64,000 nt of DNA, taken from NCBI GenBank assembly GCA_030265395.1, contig JARFYF010000017.1, positions 27,371,701 through 27,435,700 on the forward strand, written 5' to 3'. Below are positions 11,980-25,360 of this stretch, in pieces (position 1 is the first letter of the stretch; the number at the start of each line of letters is the position of its first letter). This DNA is from Rhina ancylostomus (taxonomy: Eukaryota). Under the pieces are notes generated by a model. That model was not told the DNA's origin. It saw only the letters and a list, made by a program, of their open reading frames with translations, and did no database searches. The translations under genes and the position numbers were made by a program.

Positions 11980-14100
11980 ACACAGCTCTTTTTTTTCAGT
12001 AACTACCAGAGAGGTATGCATTCAATGAACAGCTAGTCCAGAAACTGACTTTTGGAGACTTTCTGATTCTGTTATGGATTTTTGTATCAAAATGTTCTTT
12101 GGACAGTTTGGTCCTGTATTTAAACCTAATAAAGGCTTTGTTTGTTTGTCAGACTTGCTTGGATTTGGTCTTTCATTTCCTGAAATACATACTGGATCTA
12201 GTTTGAATGCAACTTCATGATTAAATGGTTCAACATCCAGACTTCATTTGTTTCCAGCAAAGGTCAATGATACGTGTGAACACGTTGCATTCTGTCATCA
12301 ATTTCAGTCAAACAAATCTTCATTACTGTTTCTACATCTCATCTATGTGAGGTGGACTTGCTATGGAAACTAAGAAGCCACCACACCCAGGTCCCTTGAA
12401 CCAACATCCTTTTTGATTGTTGTATCAGTGATTCTTTTAATTCAGCTGCTTCTGCTCAACTCTGGAAATTAAATATATTTGACCAAGGCTCAAGCATGTT
12501 CCAAATCTTCTCTTCATCAAGAGTTCTGGGGGTGTATTCTCCATTATGGTACAGGGAGTTGTTTTGTACGTTAGCAACAAATTGACCAAGAGGTACTCCA
12601 TGCTGAGTTTTGAATGCCCTCTTCATACAAACCTCAGTGTGCATGGACTTAGGGACAGCTTCTACCCCACTGTGATAAGACTATTGAACAGTTCCCTTAT
12701 GCAATGAGATGGACTATGAGCTCACGATCTACCCTGTTCTGACCTTGCACCTTATTGCACTGCATTTTCTATGTAGCTGTGACACTTGATGCTGNNNNNN
12801 NNNNCTATTACTGTTTTTACCTGTACTACATCAATGCACTTTGTACTAACTCAATGTAACTACATTATGTAATGAATTGACCTGTACGATTGGTTTGCAA
12901 GACAAGCTTTTCACTGTATCTCAGTACAAGTGACAGTAACAAACCAATACCAATACCAATGGGCAGATCTCAATACATCTATCTTGAGTACAGTCATGGT
13001 GTGTGAATCCCTGTCAAGCCCATTTCAATCCACTTTCAGTGACTGTCAAGCAGTGGAAGGAAGTTTTTATTCCCTTTTTCACAAATGCCCACATGTACTC
13101 TCTGTAAAGGTCCAGTGGGCCACATCCCTGATTGCAAAGAAATGTTTGGTTCCTTCTTCCTACAACCATGNNNNNNNNNNNNNNNNNNNNNNNNNNNNNN
13201 NNNNNNNNNNNNNNNNNNNNNNNNNNNNNNNNNNNNNNNNNNNNNNNNNNNNNNNNNNNNNNNNNNNNNNCCATGACAAACAGTGAATTTGACTACCAAT
13301 AATGTGAGACCATTCTCCAACAAAACTAATAAACTGCAGCTCTGTCTGAAATCACAAACAAGACACATAAAAAAACAATGTTGTCAAAAGTCTCCGAACA
13401 CAAATTGAAAGAATGGACAGAATTTGACCAGCGTACAGACAAGGAACTGAAACCATTCCAATTGTGATTGCTTTCGTATCAACTATTCCCATGTGTTCAG
13501 TATAAAGTTCAAGCCAAAATCTTTTCTCACAGAATAGCATTATTACTTTGTGTCCCCACCTACTGCATCCCTGTTCACATGACAGCTCATTGTGATAACT
13601 AGGGAATAGTTTCAGTTCATCGTCTGTACACTGGCCACATTCTGTCCATCCATTCAATGTTTGTTCAGAGACTCTTCACAACATTGGGTTTTTCTGTGTC
13701 TTGCTTGCGATTCCAGACAGAATAACTGAGAAGTTCTCAGGAACAACATTTAACACGATATGTCACATTTTCACTTCCAACATCAGGGTAGCTATGAGAG
13801 GACACCATATAGCTGTTCTTGATCAGAACTCTGGTACTCAATTGTATAATTTTCCTGTGGTAGAAGGACTGTCCATCCTTCATACTGCCATAGTGGGTAT
13901 GATCAGTTGCAAGGGTAAAACATCTGCAGGATTTATTTCTGGATGCTATACCAGTGCTTCCTTCTCAATCTGCCCATAACTTTTCCTTATAATATCACAA
14001 GAGTCGTAGCAACAACCTTAGCTCTGTGCTATTTTGATTCTTCAGCACATTGGTGATAGTTTCAACATTTTTCCTTCACTAGCTGTTAACTCTCAGCATC
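11980..14100 (-). mobile_element. Gypsy-type LTR retrotransposon pol remnant (RNase H to integrase)
   Basis: Motifs in order on the minus strand: GQIEKEAL (RNase H), ELSCEQGCSRWGHKVI..ELYTEHMGIVDTKA (integrase Zn-finger region), WPTGPLQRVHV..FLPLLDSH*KWIE (integrase core), YKTTPCTIMENTPPELLMKRR (cf. YRTTPHxTTGxTPAELL); stops and frameshifts. Confidence 0.85.
12645..12960 (+). mobile_element. Rex1/Babar-type LINE 3' end inserted in the Gypsy remnant
   Basis: Encodes DSFYPTVIRLLN (cf. NSFFPxAIRLLN), followed by a 3' UTR ending in a (caatac)n tail. Confidence 0.75.
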
Positions 14101-14289
14101 AAACAATCTGGGGTGAAGACTTGACTCTGTTGGCTGACCTTGCATATGAGCAGGGCCACTTGTGCATAATGTACAGAAGATAGACGCAGGATGGTAATAC
14201 TGAAAAGGAGAAAAAGAGTGCAAAAGGGATTGAAAAAGATAAATCACACCAGAACAAGAAAGCAGAATTTTTTGAGATGGGACCAATCT

Positions 14290-16585
14290 GAAAGAGAGTA
14301 CAAGAAAATCCAAGATAAGTTAATACTGCATGTATGTAAATTTGGGAAGTGCATTAAAAGGTTGGTGAGCTGCAGGTGCAATTAATCATGTGGAGATACA
14401 GTATCATGGCAAAAAAAGGGCAGGAATGGGTTCTAAACAGTCCTGGATAAAAGATGTTCAGGAAAGATAATCAAGGAAATCAAGGAGTAGGAGTGAAGTA
14501 CTGATTATATTTCAGTGCTGGAGAGAGAGAATGTCCTGGAATATTCATGATCAGAAACTGCCAGTTTGGAAAAAAGAAATANNNNNNNNNNNNNNNNNNN
14601 NNNNNNNNNNNNNNNNNNNNNNNNNNNNNNNNNNNNNNNNNNNNNNNNNNNNNNNNNNNNNNNNNNNNNNNNNNNNNNNNNGAAACTGCCAGTTTGGAAA
14701 AAAGAAAGAACCCAGTTATGATTATACTACTGGGACTAGTGGCAAGCATATTAAGGGGGAAATTTGCAGTGAAATTAGAGATGTTCAAAAGCCAGAGAGT
14801 AATGATAACAGGGGACTTCATCTGCTAACTAGAGAGTAACAATGTAAGGAGAAAGAGGGAAATGTTTTTGAAGTGTATTCAGATAAACTTTCTTGATCAG
14901 TACAATTCTAGCCCAACAAGGAAAGTAATGTTGCTGCACCCGGTTGTGGGAAATGAGCCAGGCCCAGTGGAGGAACACCCAGAAAACAGTGATCATAATA
15001 TCATAAGATGTAAAATAGCGATGGAAAATAACACAGATAGTTCCAAGGTAAACAAAAATGTTGTTTGGGAAAAAGGTGAAGTTCAATAGGATGAGAACAG
15101 GTGTAAATTGGAAGCAAAGTTTGGCAAGCAGAAGGGGAATCAAACAATGAAGGCCTTTAAGGTGGAGGTGTCTCAGCTACAGTCTAAGCAGTGAGAAAGG
15201 ATTGTGAAACTGAAGCCAGAACCACTGGGATAACCAAAAAGATAGAGTACACCACAGATTCCAGGTTGTAAACAAAGGTGATAATCAGGCTGATTCTAAA
15301 ACGTTCAGAAAGGAAGTAAAAAAAAAGGAATAAGAGTGGCAAAGGCGGAGCATGAGGAATAACTGGCTGCAAACATAAAAGAGAAGCCAAAAATACACCA
15401 TACTATACCATGAACCGGAAAAGAGTTATAAGAGGAGAGGTGGGCCTATTCAGAGAACAAAAAGAAAATATATTAATGCAAGCAGTCAGAATGGCTGGGG
15501 TACCTACGAATACTTCACAGCAGTCTTCAACAAGGAAGATGTCAGAGGAATCTCAGTAAAGAACGTTTTGTTGAGGCTTTGATTGGAACTAAAAACTGCT
15601 AAAGCAGAGGCACTAGAACAACCAAAGTGAATAGGTCATTTGGAGATGTTGGGATGCATTCTTGGTTAATGGAGAAAAGTCCAGAGTTCCTGACATGCCC
15701 ATCATTAGAAATAATGCAGATGTTTACACCCTTGTTTAAAAGGTGGTGTAGTGTTAAACCCAGTAGATAGAAAGCAGTCTTATAACCTCAGTGGTGGAGA
15801 AAATTATAGAAACATTAATCAACGAGAGAATTAGCAGTCGCTTGGACAAGTGTGCATTGATTAGGAAAAACCAGTATGGATTTCTTAAAGGTAAATCACA
15901 TTTAACTAACAATAGGATTTCTTGATGAACCAACAGGAAGGACTGATGAGAAAATATGATTGATGCGAGATATATAATCTTCCAGAAAGCATTTGATAAG
16001 GTGCCATATATGAGACATGTCAGCAAGATTGAGAGTCATGGAGTAAAAGGCTTTGTAGCATGGATTGAAATAAGGTTATATAACAGGAAACAGGGAGTAG
16101 TGAAAGGCTGTTTTTCAGACTGGACGAAAGTGATCTGATGATTGATTCCCCAGGAGTCAATCATAAGATCACTGTTTTACTTGATATATATTTATGACTT
16201 GAACTTGGGTGTGCAGGACTCAATTTCCAAATCTACAAATAACCCAAAACTTGAAGGTGTAATGAACAGTGAGGAGGTTAGTGATAGACTTCTAGGTGAT
16301 GTGGATAGGCTGATGGGAAGGACACTGGAAGATGAAGGTTAATGCTGAGAAATACAAAGTGTTGCTTTCCAGTAAGAAGTCAGAGAGGAGACAATATAAA
16401 CCAGCAGGACAATTCTAAAAGTGGCATAAGACATAAGAGCAGAAGGGTATTGGGGCATGTGGGTCCATTTTGTTGAAGATATCAAGACGGGTTAAGAAAG
16501 TGGTTTAAAAAAAACATGAGAGACCCTGGGCTTTATAAATGGAGACATAGAGTAGAAGAGCAAGAAAGTCATGATGAATCTTTGT
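14290..16585 (+). mobile_element. CR1 LINE, near-complete ORF2 remnant (APE endonuclease and RT)
   Basis: GQEWVLNSPG*KMFRKD, VMITGDF, NQYGFLKGKSHLTN, YIIFQKAFDKVPY, PQES..LIYIYDL, SKSTNNPKL (cf. SKFADDTKL), LGFINGDIE; many disablements. Confidence 0.9.
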
Positions 16586-17064
16586 CATACTTCTGTCAAT
16601 TTCAACACATTATTCAAATAGTGGAGGATTCAGGTAGCCACAGAGGCAAAATTTACCCATTCAATTGAGCTCCATCCTGAAGTAAAAGAAATAACTTAAG
16701 CAGAAAAGGTAGTTTCCCAGGATTAGGATCTTCACTTTCACCCACCAAACTGCAGATTGACTGAAGCAATAATGTACATCACTGGAATGGTTAAAATATT
16801 TGCATGCTGTACTGGTCAAAATCAGAACTCCCTGAGATATGATGGCCAGATGTTGCAATGCTCCCGACCCCCCACCACTGCAATGCCTCCACCACAACTT
16901 TCATATCAGTACATATCAAGGACTCTGTGATCTGCTCAAAAGTCAAATGCCAGAATCCATTCGAATTTCTAGTTCCATTATTAACACAGGATCAGAAATC
17001 AGAAACTCCACCCATTAGATGCAATTTCCTAATGAATATAGAAAATTGTCACACTGCTTTTTAC

Positions 17065-17425
17065 ATTTGTTCACTGGATGTGGAGATTGTTTTTGTGGCC
17101 AGCATTTATTGTCCATCCTTGGTCATTTGACAGTCGAGGATTGCTGGCTTATTTGAAAGAGCAGTTAAGAGTCAACCATATTGGAGGGTATGAAATCAGG
17201 AAGAGACCAAACCAAGTATGAAGGCATATTTGTTTCCCTAAAGGATATTAACGAACCAGATTTCTTTCAACAATCAAGAAGTTTCACGGTATCCATTAGT
17301 GATAATAATTTTTCAATCAATATTTAAATTCTTTAACATCTGTGGTGGAAATTTGAATTCATGTCTCCAGACAAATGGTCCAGACCTCTGAAAACTAGTC
17401 TTGTAAATTAACCAATATGCTGCTG
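17065..17425 (-). mobile_element. LFSINE_Vert-like SINE
   Basis: Reverse complement has gactagttttcagaggtctgg, gaattcaaatttccaccac, tctggttcgttaatatcctttagggaaac, ggttgactcttaactgctct and ggatggacaataaatgctggcc in consensus order. Confidence 0.75.
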
Positions 17426-20409
17426 TTCCCATGCTTTACATCATAAAGCCTGATGCATAAAAGGAATAGCCGAACTTCCATGTAAAACCAAGAAAACTTT
17501 GATTGGCAGCACTTGAAGATGGCTGGTATTTTCAGGAAGCTATGCACAGTACGCCATTTTGATAATGAGTTTATGGCAATCATGCAAGAGAAGGTGCAAA
17601 TAACAAGGCAAGTCTTCTAATTAATGCACGTTCTGGATCTGGAATTGAGCCACAACACACCACTACCTTCATCATTTTCCATAACTGCCTTGCGCAGGCA
17701 GCAAAGTTTTTAAACTGACTGAACCCACGTCAGACCAAAATCAAAATCCTCCCCTTGCCTTAACTGAGAACAATTGTTGTAGTCTCTCTTCCACCCTATG
17801 AAACCAGTTGTCCCAGAATAGATCAAGGGATGAAGCAGGCATCTTTCAGTTTCTATGGCTCGGTTACATACTACCTTTACCAAATGAACTGACAGGGCAT
17901 CTGAGGTGTGATTTATTGGGTAAAGCATTTCAATTTCTTTTTATTTAAAAATAATTGGTGTATTATTATTCATTTCTTAAGTGATCCTTTCACCTTAATG
18001 GCTGTAAGTCCCATTCAAATTAGCAAACTCTGTCTCTACAAGACTCACGAATTAAAATATTTTGTGCTATTATTATTTGGTAATTCATTGTTGGTATATA
18101 ATTAATTATCTCTCATGATAATTGTTCAAAGATTTGCATGACAGAGGAATATATATATTGATAGTCATACCTTGGAATGTATCCATGTCTTAACTCAGAG
18201 CAAAGAGGATAAGGGGAGATGACTGTAGCTTGTCAGATAATGTAAATGGCTTTCAAGAGGATTGACATTGATATGCCAACTGACCTCATTCAAGATGAGT
18301 TCAAAAACTTGACAAAAGCTGTTAAGGCTCAGTACATATCAAAGCCTGAAGACATATGTCAGCCTGACGAATAATGTCACAGAAGAGGGAAATATTTAAT
18401 TTCCAAAACAAGTAAGTTTCACATTTCATTGTTTTGTTACAAGATAGATAAAGTATGCTCACTCAAACAATCTTCACTGTGGTGTTCCAATGAAACAGAA
18501 TAAAGAACTTTGTTGTACAATAAGTAATTCTTTTTTCTATAGTTGTAGATTCTAAACTAATGGTTTATTTATGGGGATTATTTTCTGACTAGTACTACTT
18601 TTTAATTTTGTGAAAGTGTCATTACAACTGTTACTTTCAAATACTACAACACAGCAATGATTGCAGCTTTTTAACCCCCATAAGCAGAATCAAATTAACC
18701 ACACTAATACAGTAACCAAATATTTACTGCAGTGTAGCACTGTAACCTTCGTTGCAGAGTCAATACTTGTAACTTTTCCATGCCTTTTGAATTCATTTGC
18801 TTTACTGAACTTCGGAGCATGTTATAAACTGTCACAATGCCTTAAACTGTCAAAAAAGGAGTTTGCACCACATAACTTGCCAAGCAAATGTCCTTGTTCT
18901 TATTCTCAGTAAAACATCAAGATACTAAACTGTCAAGTGCATTTCCAGAAAAGGCAATTGAATTGCAATCAACTGGCACATTTAAAAACAAGCTACATTG
19001 ATACTTATTAAGACAAAGGATGCAGGATCATAGAGAAACTTGGCACAGAGAAACTGCACATTCTAAAGCCCCAATAACTGTGCAGAATTTCATCCATGGG
19101 ATATTCTAACTACACATCTAATCCAGCGCAAGGATGGGTTCAGAAGAATGAGATCAGATAAGGACTTCTGCCTTTCAAAGCTAGCTCCTTAAAGTCAATT
19201 ATATNNNNNNNNNNNNNNNNNNNNNNNNNNNNNNNNNNNNNNNNNNNNNNNNNNNNNNNNNNNNNNNNNNTGCATTTTTTTAAGAACAGATCATTATAAA
19301 CATTAATATGATCTGCACCTCAGCAATGTGTACTAGAAAAATGGGAGTTTAAGTAGAAAGGAAAACTAGAAATTGATTTGGAAAAACTTCAGGAAATATT
19401 GTACTGAATATCAAAATATCAAATATGCCTTGTGTGAAAACAATTGGGTAAAACTGCATTAGACATCATGTAGCATCTATTTTGAATGATGTGTCAACTT
19501 CACATGCTGGTAAACCAGGCTGTTGTGTCATTGTATATATGACAGGGGACAAACTCCAACTGTGAATTTACAATAAATATAATTTTAAAGTGAGTCAAGG
19601 TTTGGTTACCAAGATCACTGTTGAATCCATTCCACATTTAATTCATTGCAGAACCACAGGAGTTTGTCAGTATTTTCACCATATCTAAACCTCAAAAAGT
19701 GCTGTAACTGGGTCATGAACATTGCTTCATTTGTGAACATGTTTTCACATGTTTAAGTAAGAAAATTGATACTTCATCTTTAGTCTATAAAAGCACAACC
19801 GTGTTCATCCCATTGTGCATATTTGTACATTGTCCATTAATCTTGCTCCACAAAATAGTGGAGAGTGACTTCAGACTGGTCTTGTGATTCTCTGATTTGC
19901 ACTTAATATGTACTTAAAGAATTTAAAGAAAAATAAAGGAATGAAATTACAAAACTTGTATCATAAATTTAATTTTCTCCGAAGTTTGGACAATGTTATT
20001 TAAATACATTCAATTTAATTACAAAGGTAGAAATATGAATCAAAGTTAATTTATAATGAAATATTTGTAATATTTCATCATTTGTAAGTCAACAAAAATA
20101 TACTTCCTTTCCAAAGCCAGTGAGAATAAATAATGTTTTTACAAGTAATTCAATTGTATGTAATTAAATTTTGATTGCAGCAATCCTGCTTAGAATGTGA
20201 TACGTTTATTTTGCATTTGACTGAATTAAATTAAATCAACGTTTGAAATTATCATTTGGTCAGAGACATTTTTTATAGTTGAGCCATGGCAAAATATTGT
20301 AATAAATCTGTGATTAAGCATAAAGCTAGATTACCATTTTGAAACACAAAATGATGGTAGTTTTTGTTAAACTCTTTTCCTAGTTTAGTTTTCCCCTATC
20401 ATCTTGTAT

Positions 20410-20860
20410 CTCAGTGGACAAAGTATTCTCTATAGTTCTGGTGATAACTCTATTGCATAACGTTCTATGACTCATACAGACTAGAAGGATCAACATTTAA
20501 CCTAGCTTTGAGTTGGATGACCTATCTCAATTAGCTGCAGGTTCAAATACAATAACTGGATCAGTGTTCTTGAGCTACAGATGGGAGGAATAGTGAAGAT
20601 TCCCTCCTCTAGTCATTGTTCAGCATTCCTTGATCAGATGTCCACATGTATGAATGCCAGATGAGGACAGGATTGGGCTTGACTTCAGTGTGCCACCTAA
20701 TTAATCTCTAAACAGTTTGTATATCCCACTGACGTTCTAGGTTCACCCACAAGGAATTGTCTCAAAAGATGGTTATAGAAAGATTATCTGTGCTTATGAG
20801 ACTGTGCTCCAATGTGACCAATTGCTTTTAGGAAAGAAAAACAGGAAAAAATAGAAAACG
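20410..20860 (+). mobile_element. Old elasmobranch SINE, family not assigned
   Basis: Core atgaggacaggattgggcttg..tctaggttcac..gactgtgctcca resembles a common shark/ray SINE; A-rich end. Confidence 0.5.
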
Positions 20861-21074
20861 CCTAAAATACCATGTTATTATGAAACATCTATTTATCATC
20901 TCGACTAAATCCTGTCAGTTGTATTTTTACTGCTGACTTTTAATGTCATTCTTAGCATTTGATTGCTTTTAGATGTTACATAGCTATGTAGCTTTGTAAT
21001 ACTATTTGTTTCCCATTGCAAAGATAATGAAATAGACAAACTCATTGTAATCGAGTGCAGAACACCAGTCTTAC

Positions 21075-21224
21075 CTTCAATAAGTGTGAATATTATAATC
21101 TNNNNNNNNNNCCAGCTCTAAAGAGATCTACGTTCTCAAATTCAAAACGGAGGAAAGGTGTGAAAGAGTCATGGTAGGTTCCTGAGAATTCGTCCGATCC
21201 ATCCAATTCTTGAACTAGTTTAAT
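21075..21224 (-). CDS. Internal coding exon (phase 0 to 1): IKLVQELDGSDEFSGTYHDSFTPFLRFEFENVDLFRA[gap]IIIFTLIE
   Basis: Acceptor ctctctcattttcAG, donor AAG|GTAAGA, a single open frame on each side of a 10-N gap, four CpGs; the frame requires a true gap length of 2 mod 3. Confidence 0.75.
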
Positions 21225-22030
21225 CTGAAAATGAGAGAGACTATCAAAAGCAGGCAAGAAGTGCGGTACCATTGCTGTTAGCGTGAAATTCACCATGGTG
21301 CTTCATTTAAATTGGATAGATCACTGATAATTGAACACCTTGCCCATTATAGGGCCAAAGTCAGGAGAAGTGGATTCCACAGGACATTACACATCAGTGA
21401 ATGAACTCTCAATCTAACCTTGCCATGGAGGTTAGAGTTGGTGACTTACAGTTAATACTGAATACTTGCATACTGCAAATTATTTTGTGTANNNNNNNNN
21501 NNNNNNNNNNNNNNNNCAGCATGTCAGGGAGGTTAAGAAGTCTAATTCCAACTCACATATTTGGAGCCATGACAGTTCACCAGGTGGTGTACAGTGATCT
21601 TTTTGCAGACTATAGTTGGATTCAAAATCTATGTGTCTTTGGTAGCAGTGGTTACATTTCTCAGAGATAAACATATTAAGATAATGCATGACATGAAGCT
21701 TGTTGAGGTAGAAGAATCAGGAACATGCCAATTTTTGAATCCTTGTAAAATTAAATAACTTAATTTTACATTTGAAGACATTTGCTCTTTCATTTATTTC
21801 ATGTTCAAGTACCTTGGTTTAAAATTTTATTAGTAATTCTCTTGTATTCTATTCTATTCATATTCATTCTACTTAAATTTTCTAAAATTCCAATTTTCTT
21901 CTGATGAATCCAGTATGAGTTCCTTTCATCTCTCCTGGTGCACTGTGATAACTACAGTGGGTTACGCAATGATGCATACATTCTGTCCCCATTATTTGAT
22001 GATTTGCAATCCTTGGATCCACATGCTTAC

Positions 22031-22103
22031 AGGTTCAGCCCCAGAATCCATCTCAGTTTTTTTCAAACACATATATTTTACATGATGAAAATCCGATCGT
22101 TGT
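22031..22103 (-). CDS. Internal coding exon (73 nt, phase 2 to 0): (R)QRSDFHHVKYMCLKKTEMDSGAEP
   Basis: Acceptor ccatatttatAG, donor CCT|GTAAGC, open frame, CpGs; bridges the phase-2 end of 48244-48402 and the phase-0 start of 21075-21224. Confidence 0.7.
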
Positions 22104-24849
22104 CTATAAATATGGTGATCAGTTAACAGACCAATTGTGTCAAGTGGCACCCTGTTGTGCACTTTTCCAATAGAGAATGGTCTTTACTTACACAGCTGCA
22201 CCTTGTGATTTCAAAACAGATCACTGATTGTAAGAAACAATACATTAAATATTTTCTGATATGATTTCCTTCTAGAATGTCGTAGGACATATTTATGTTT
22301 ATTTGGGGAGGTATATTGGGTCTAGAGGAAAAGGCCTCAGTGGTGTTCATGTTTTTTTGTTCCCCACAGGAAATCTGTGACCCTAAACCTCATGGATAAT
22401 GATGTCTTAGTGCATGAAGATAGAAAACTTCGAATATATATAAATTATAGACCTCTTGTATAAGCACTCAGAAACATTGTAACTAAAGATGGGCAAAATA
22501 GGATGTTCTGGATGAAAACTATAGTAAGTTGTGGGTCCATAATTTCATGAGGTCAGCACCCTGTGCCTCTGCTGTTTATTGGCATTGCTCATAAAATAAC
22601 CCAAATACTCCAACTGTGGTCTCAACAAAGTTTTAATGAGTGTTAGAGTATAAGATAATTGATATACAGTATATTCAGCTGAATCACAATATACTCATCA
22701 TAGGTTAGCTCATCTCTGACTTGTACATCTGTGCAAGAAAATACAGAGGTTAATGATGTGTGAGAAGATGCCAGTATATCTGATATTCTGACACAGAACT
22801 AGATCCACTGCTAAATACTCCAGTGAAAGGCAAACACCTGAGTTAAGGGACCAGGCGCACTTCTGAACTGGCTCCTCAGCTTTATGCAGGCCAAAGCTGT
22901 CTCCTCATTTTCTTGATTTTAATTTACATTTTTAATTCATTTCCAGTAGTTTAAGGTATTTTGAAGCCAATTTCTTCTTTATTTTTTAAATCTTCATCCA
23001 GTTGAACTGTTTTTGAAATCTTTGACAGTCAACAATGTACAAAATCTGCTAAGAAAGCCTTGGATATCAATAAACTGTCAAAAGGCCATCAGGACATTTA
23101 GGGGACAGGGGTTCTGGATCACTGCCTAAGTCCTGATTGCCACTTGCAGCAAAATCTGCTTCATGGGCTTGTCATGGAATCTAGATCTTCAGATCAATTC
23201 ATCCTGTAGAGCTGCAGAAGGCTATAGGGAATGTGCAATTGAGGTGGGGAGGGGTCCTGTACCAACAGCAGGACAGGAAGAGCACAATCCAGTCCATCAA
23301 AGGTCCTGCATTGATATACAGTTCCTGATGTGGAAGCCTTCCCGTAATTGTCATTTTCTGTCATGACTACATTTTTATTATTACAGTTGGGCAGACTCAA
23401 GGTTAAATATCTACACATCATAAACAAAAAGGCAGGAAAATGTATAAATCATAAGTGAGAGGAGTGATTAGAAAGCTGGCAATGCATAATACTCAAAGTT
23501 ACCAGAACTTATCCAAATACTCATCCTGTGTGATCAATTAATGNNNNNNNNNNNNNNNNNNNNNNNNNNNNNNNNNNNNNNNNNNNNNNNNNNNNNNNNN
23601 NNNNNNNNNNNNNNNNNNNNNNNNNNNNNNNNNNNATTAAGTTTTTAAACTAAAAGATCAGATATACAGTATATCTCTAGATACTTCTTGTGACATTTAA
23701 TACCCTTGTTAACTTTGTAACTTCAAGATTTCAGCCAATGTTCAAAACCTAAGCAGCCATAGCTGTGACCTCTGAACTGTAATTTGTAACATTATTCAGC
23801 ATCATCAAAAGACTTCCCTAATCTTAAATAGAAGGTGTTTATCTTATTAAGCCGAGAAATTGAACTTATTTAGTCACAGTAACTGATCCTTAAAATTCTA
23901 TTTCAGGCAAGTTTCACATTTTATACTAACAACATTTTGCTTGCCTTTATGAACTGTTCAGCTTTTACCTACGCACATTCAATTTTGCCCCTACTTGTTC
24001 AGCATAGAAGGTAACAAACCATTCTTGTGGCTAAAAGGCAATTTCTATTTTCAAAACTTTGGAGCCAGCATAAACAGCAAGTTTATGAGGATTTCATGTT
24101 TTGTTAGAGTACATAATTTATATAAAAGGTTTTATATGGACATATATTAATAATATTGGAGACAGCCAGGGATCTTGAAACACTGTGCAGAGACCCATGG
24201 TCTGGAATATAAAATATTCTTCTTGTATATAGAAATTTATGTTGATTAAAAATGGTATAAATTAAAAAGCACTTGATGGTACATTGAGTATTGTAACTCA
24301 GAAACCAGTGAGTGGAGGAAGAAATAGCTGGAAAGATATGCTAGGGAACAGGATGGCAGATTGGTTAAAAAGTATCCCAAGAATAGTATAGGCCCTTTAC
24401 TGAAGTTACTCTCTCTTTCAAACTTCCAGCCATCACCATAATTCACTCATGAACATATATTTTTTCATTTCTGCTGAAGCCAAAAACTTTTCCTTTGTCG
24501 CCTTTCCCCATAGATGCTGGGACATTCCATCCTTATGTTCAGAAAGTCACCCAATACTTTCAGGGGCAGGAACACCTCCATACTCCCAGTGCAATCTCAG
24601 GGCCTCTCAAAGTTCTGCTGGATACAGTGACCACAACATACACTGCCACCTATGGGTCTCTTCCTACCTTTCCAAGATCCCAGGTATTCCTAATGCTGAT
24701 AAGAATGATGTTCTCATACAACCTCATCCTATGTGCAATCTGCCTTTATTTTATTTCTAATCCAATTCCTGCCAAATTTACAATTCTAGATTTCTGCACT
24801 TATGGTCAAATCTTTTTCATATAATCATAACCATTTTGCAGAAGCACTT

Positions 24850-25360
24850 GCAAGTTTGCTCACTAATTTGTGATGCTTTCTATTTTCATTGCTAGTCACC
24901 ATACATCTGCTCAGCTGCCTAATACAGACTAATTAATAGGGAATTTTTTTTCCCATTGCAGTAACACTAACAAACAATTGGACATTGACTTTCTAACTAT
25001 ATTTTGTGTTCCCAAACCACATTATATAATTCATAATTGCAGTCAGACTTCATCCAACATTTTCAGGAAAGGTTATTAATAAATATAATGAATAGCAAGG
25101 CCTACAGAAGAGTTCCTTGGACAACCTTGGTCACCAATTGGTTCCTTCCCATTTATTATTTAACCAGGTTTTTTAACATCCAATATTGAATTAATTCACT
25201 GATCTTCAAAGCTTTCATTTCACCCATAAACATGTCAAAATATTGCATAAGTTACTGCATAGCTTTAATTTGCTAATTCCATTACATCTTCAATGAATTC
25301 CAATACATCAGCTGGGTCTGGTCTCCCTTTGGTAAATCTCAATTGGTTTAGATTTATTCG
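24850..25360 (-). mobile_element. Old CR1 RT fragment
   Basis: Reverse complement gttgtccaaggaactcttctgtaggccttgctattcattatatttattaataacc resembles GVPQGSxLGPLLFxIFINDL. Confidence 0.55.

Noticed and set aside
11532-12028. Longest gap-free ORF (132 aa) and an overlapping 65-aa ORF
   Set aside because: No recognisable motifs or convincing splice context; runs into the end of the Gypsy remnant
13160-13280. ccatgaca after the gap resembles the solo-LTR end (possible fourth copy)
   Set aside because: No matching TSD; merging the shared ccatg restores continuous integrase-like sequence
14554-14708. Duplicated gaaactgccagtttggaaaaaagaaa around a gap
   Set aside because: Same overlap artefact inside the CR1 element
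21556-21670. Minus-strand donor AT|GTGAGT with an upstream ORF
   Set aside because: No good acceptor; the long open frame ends in phase 1, incompatible with the next exon
21075-22103. Loose resemblance of the peptide to CatSper auxiliary subunits, IL-1 family or TGF-beta prodomains
   Set aside because: Diagnostic residues are missing (no GCP, no FES..PxWxI); no gene symbol assigned
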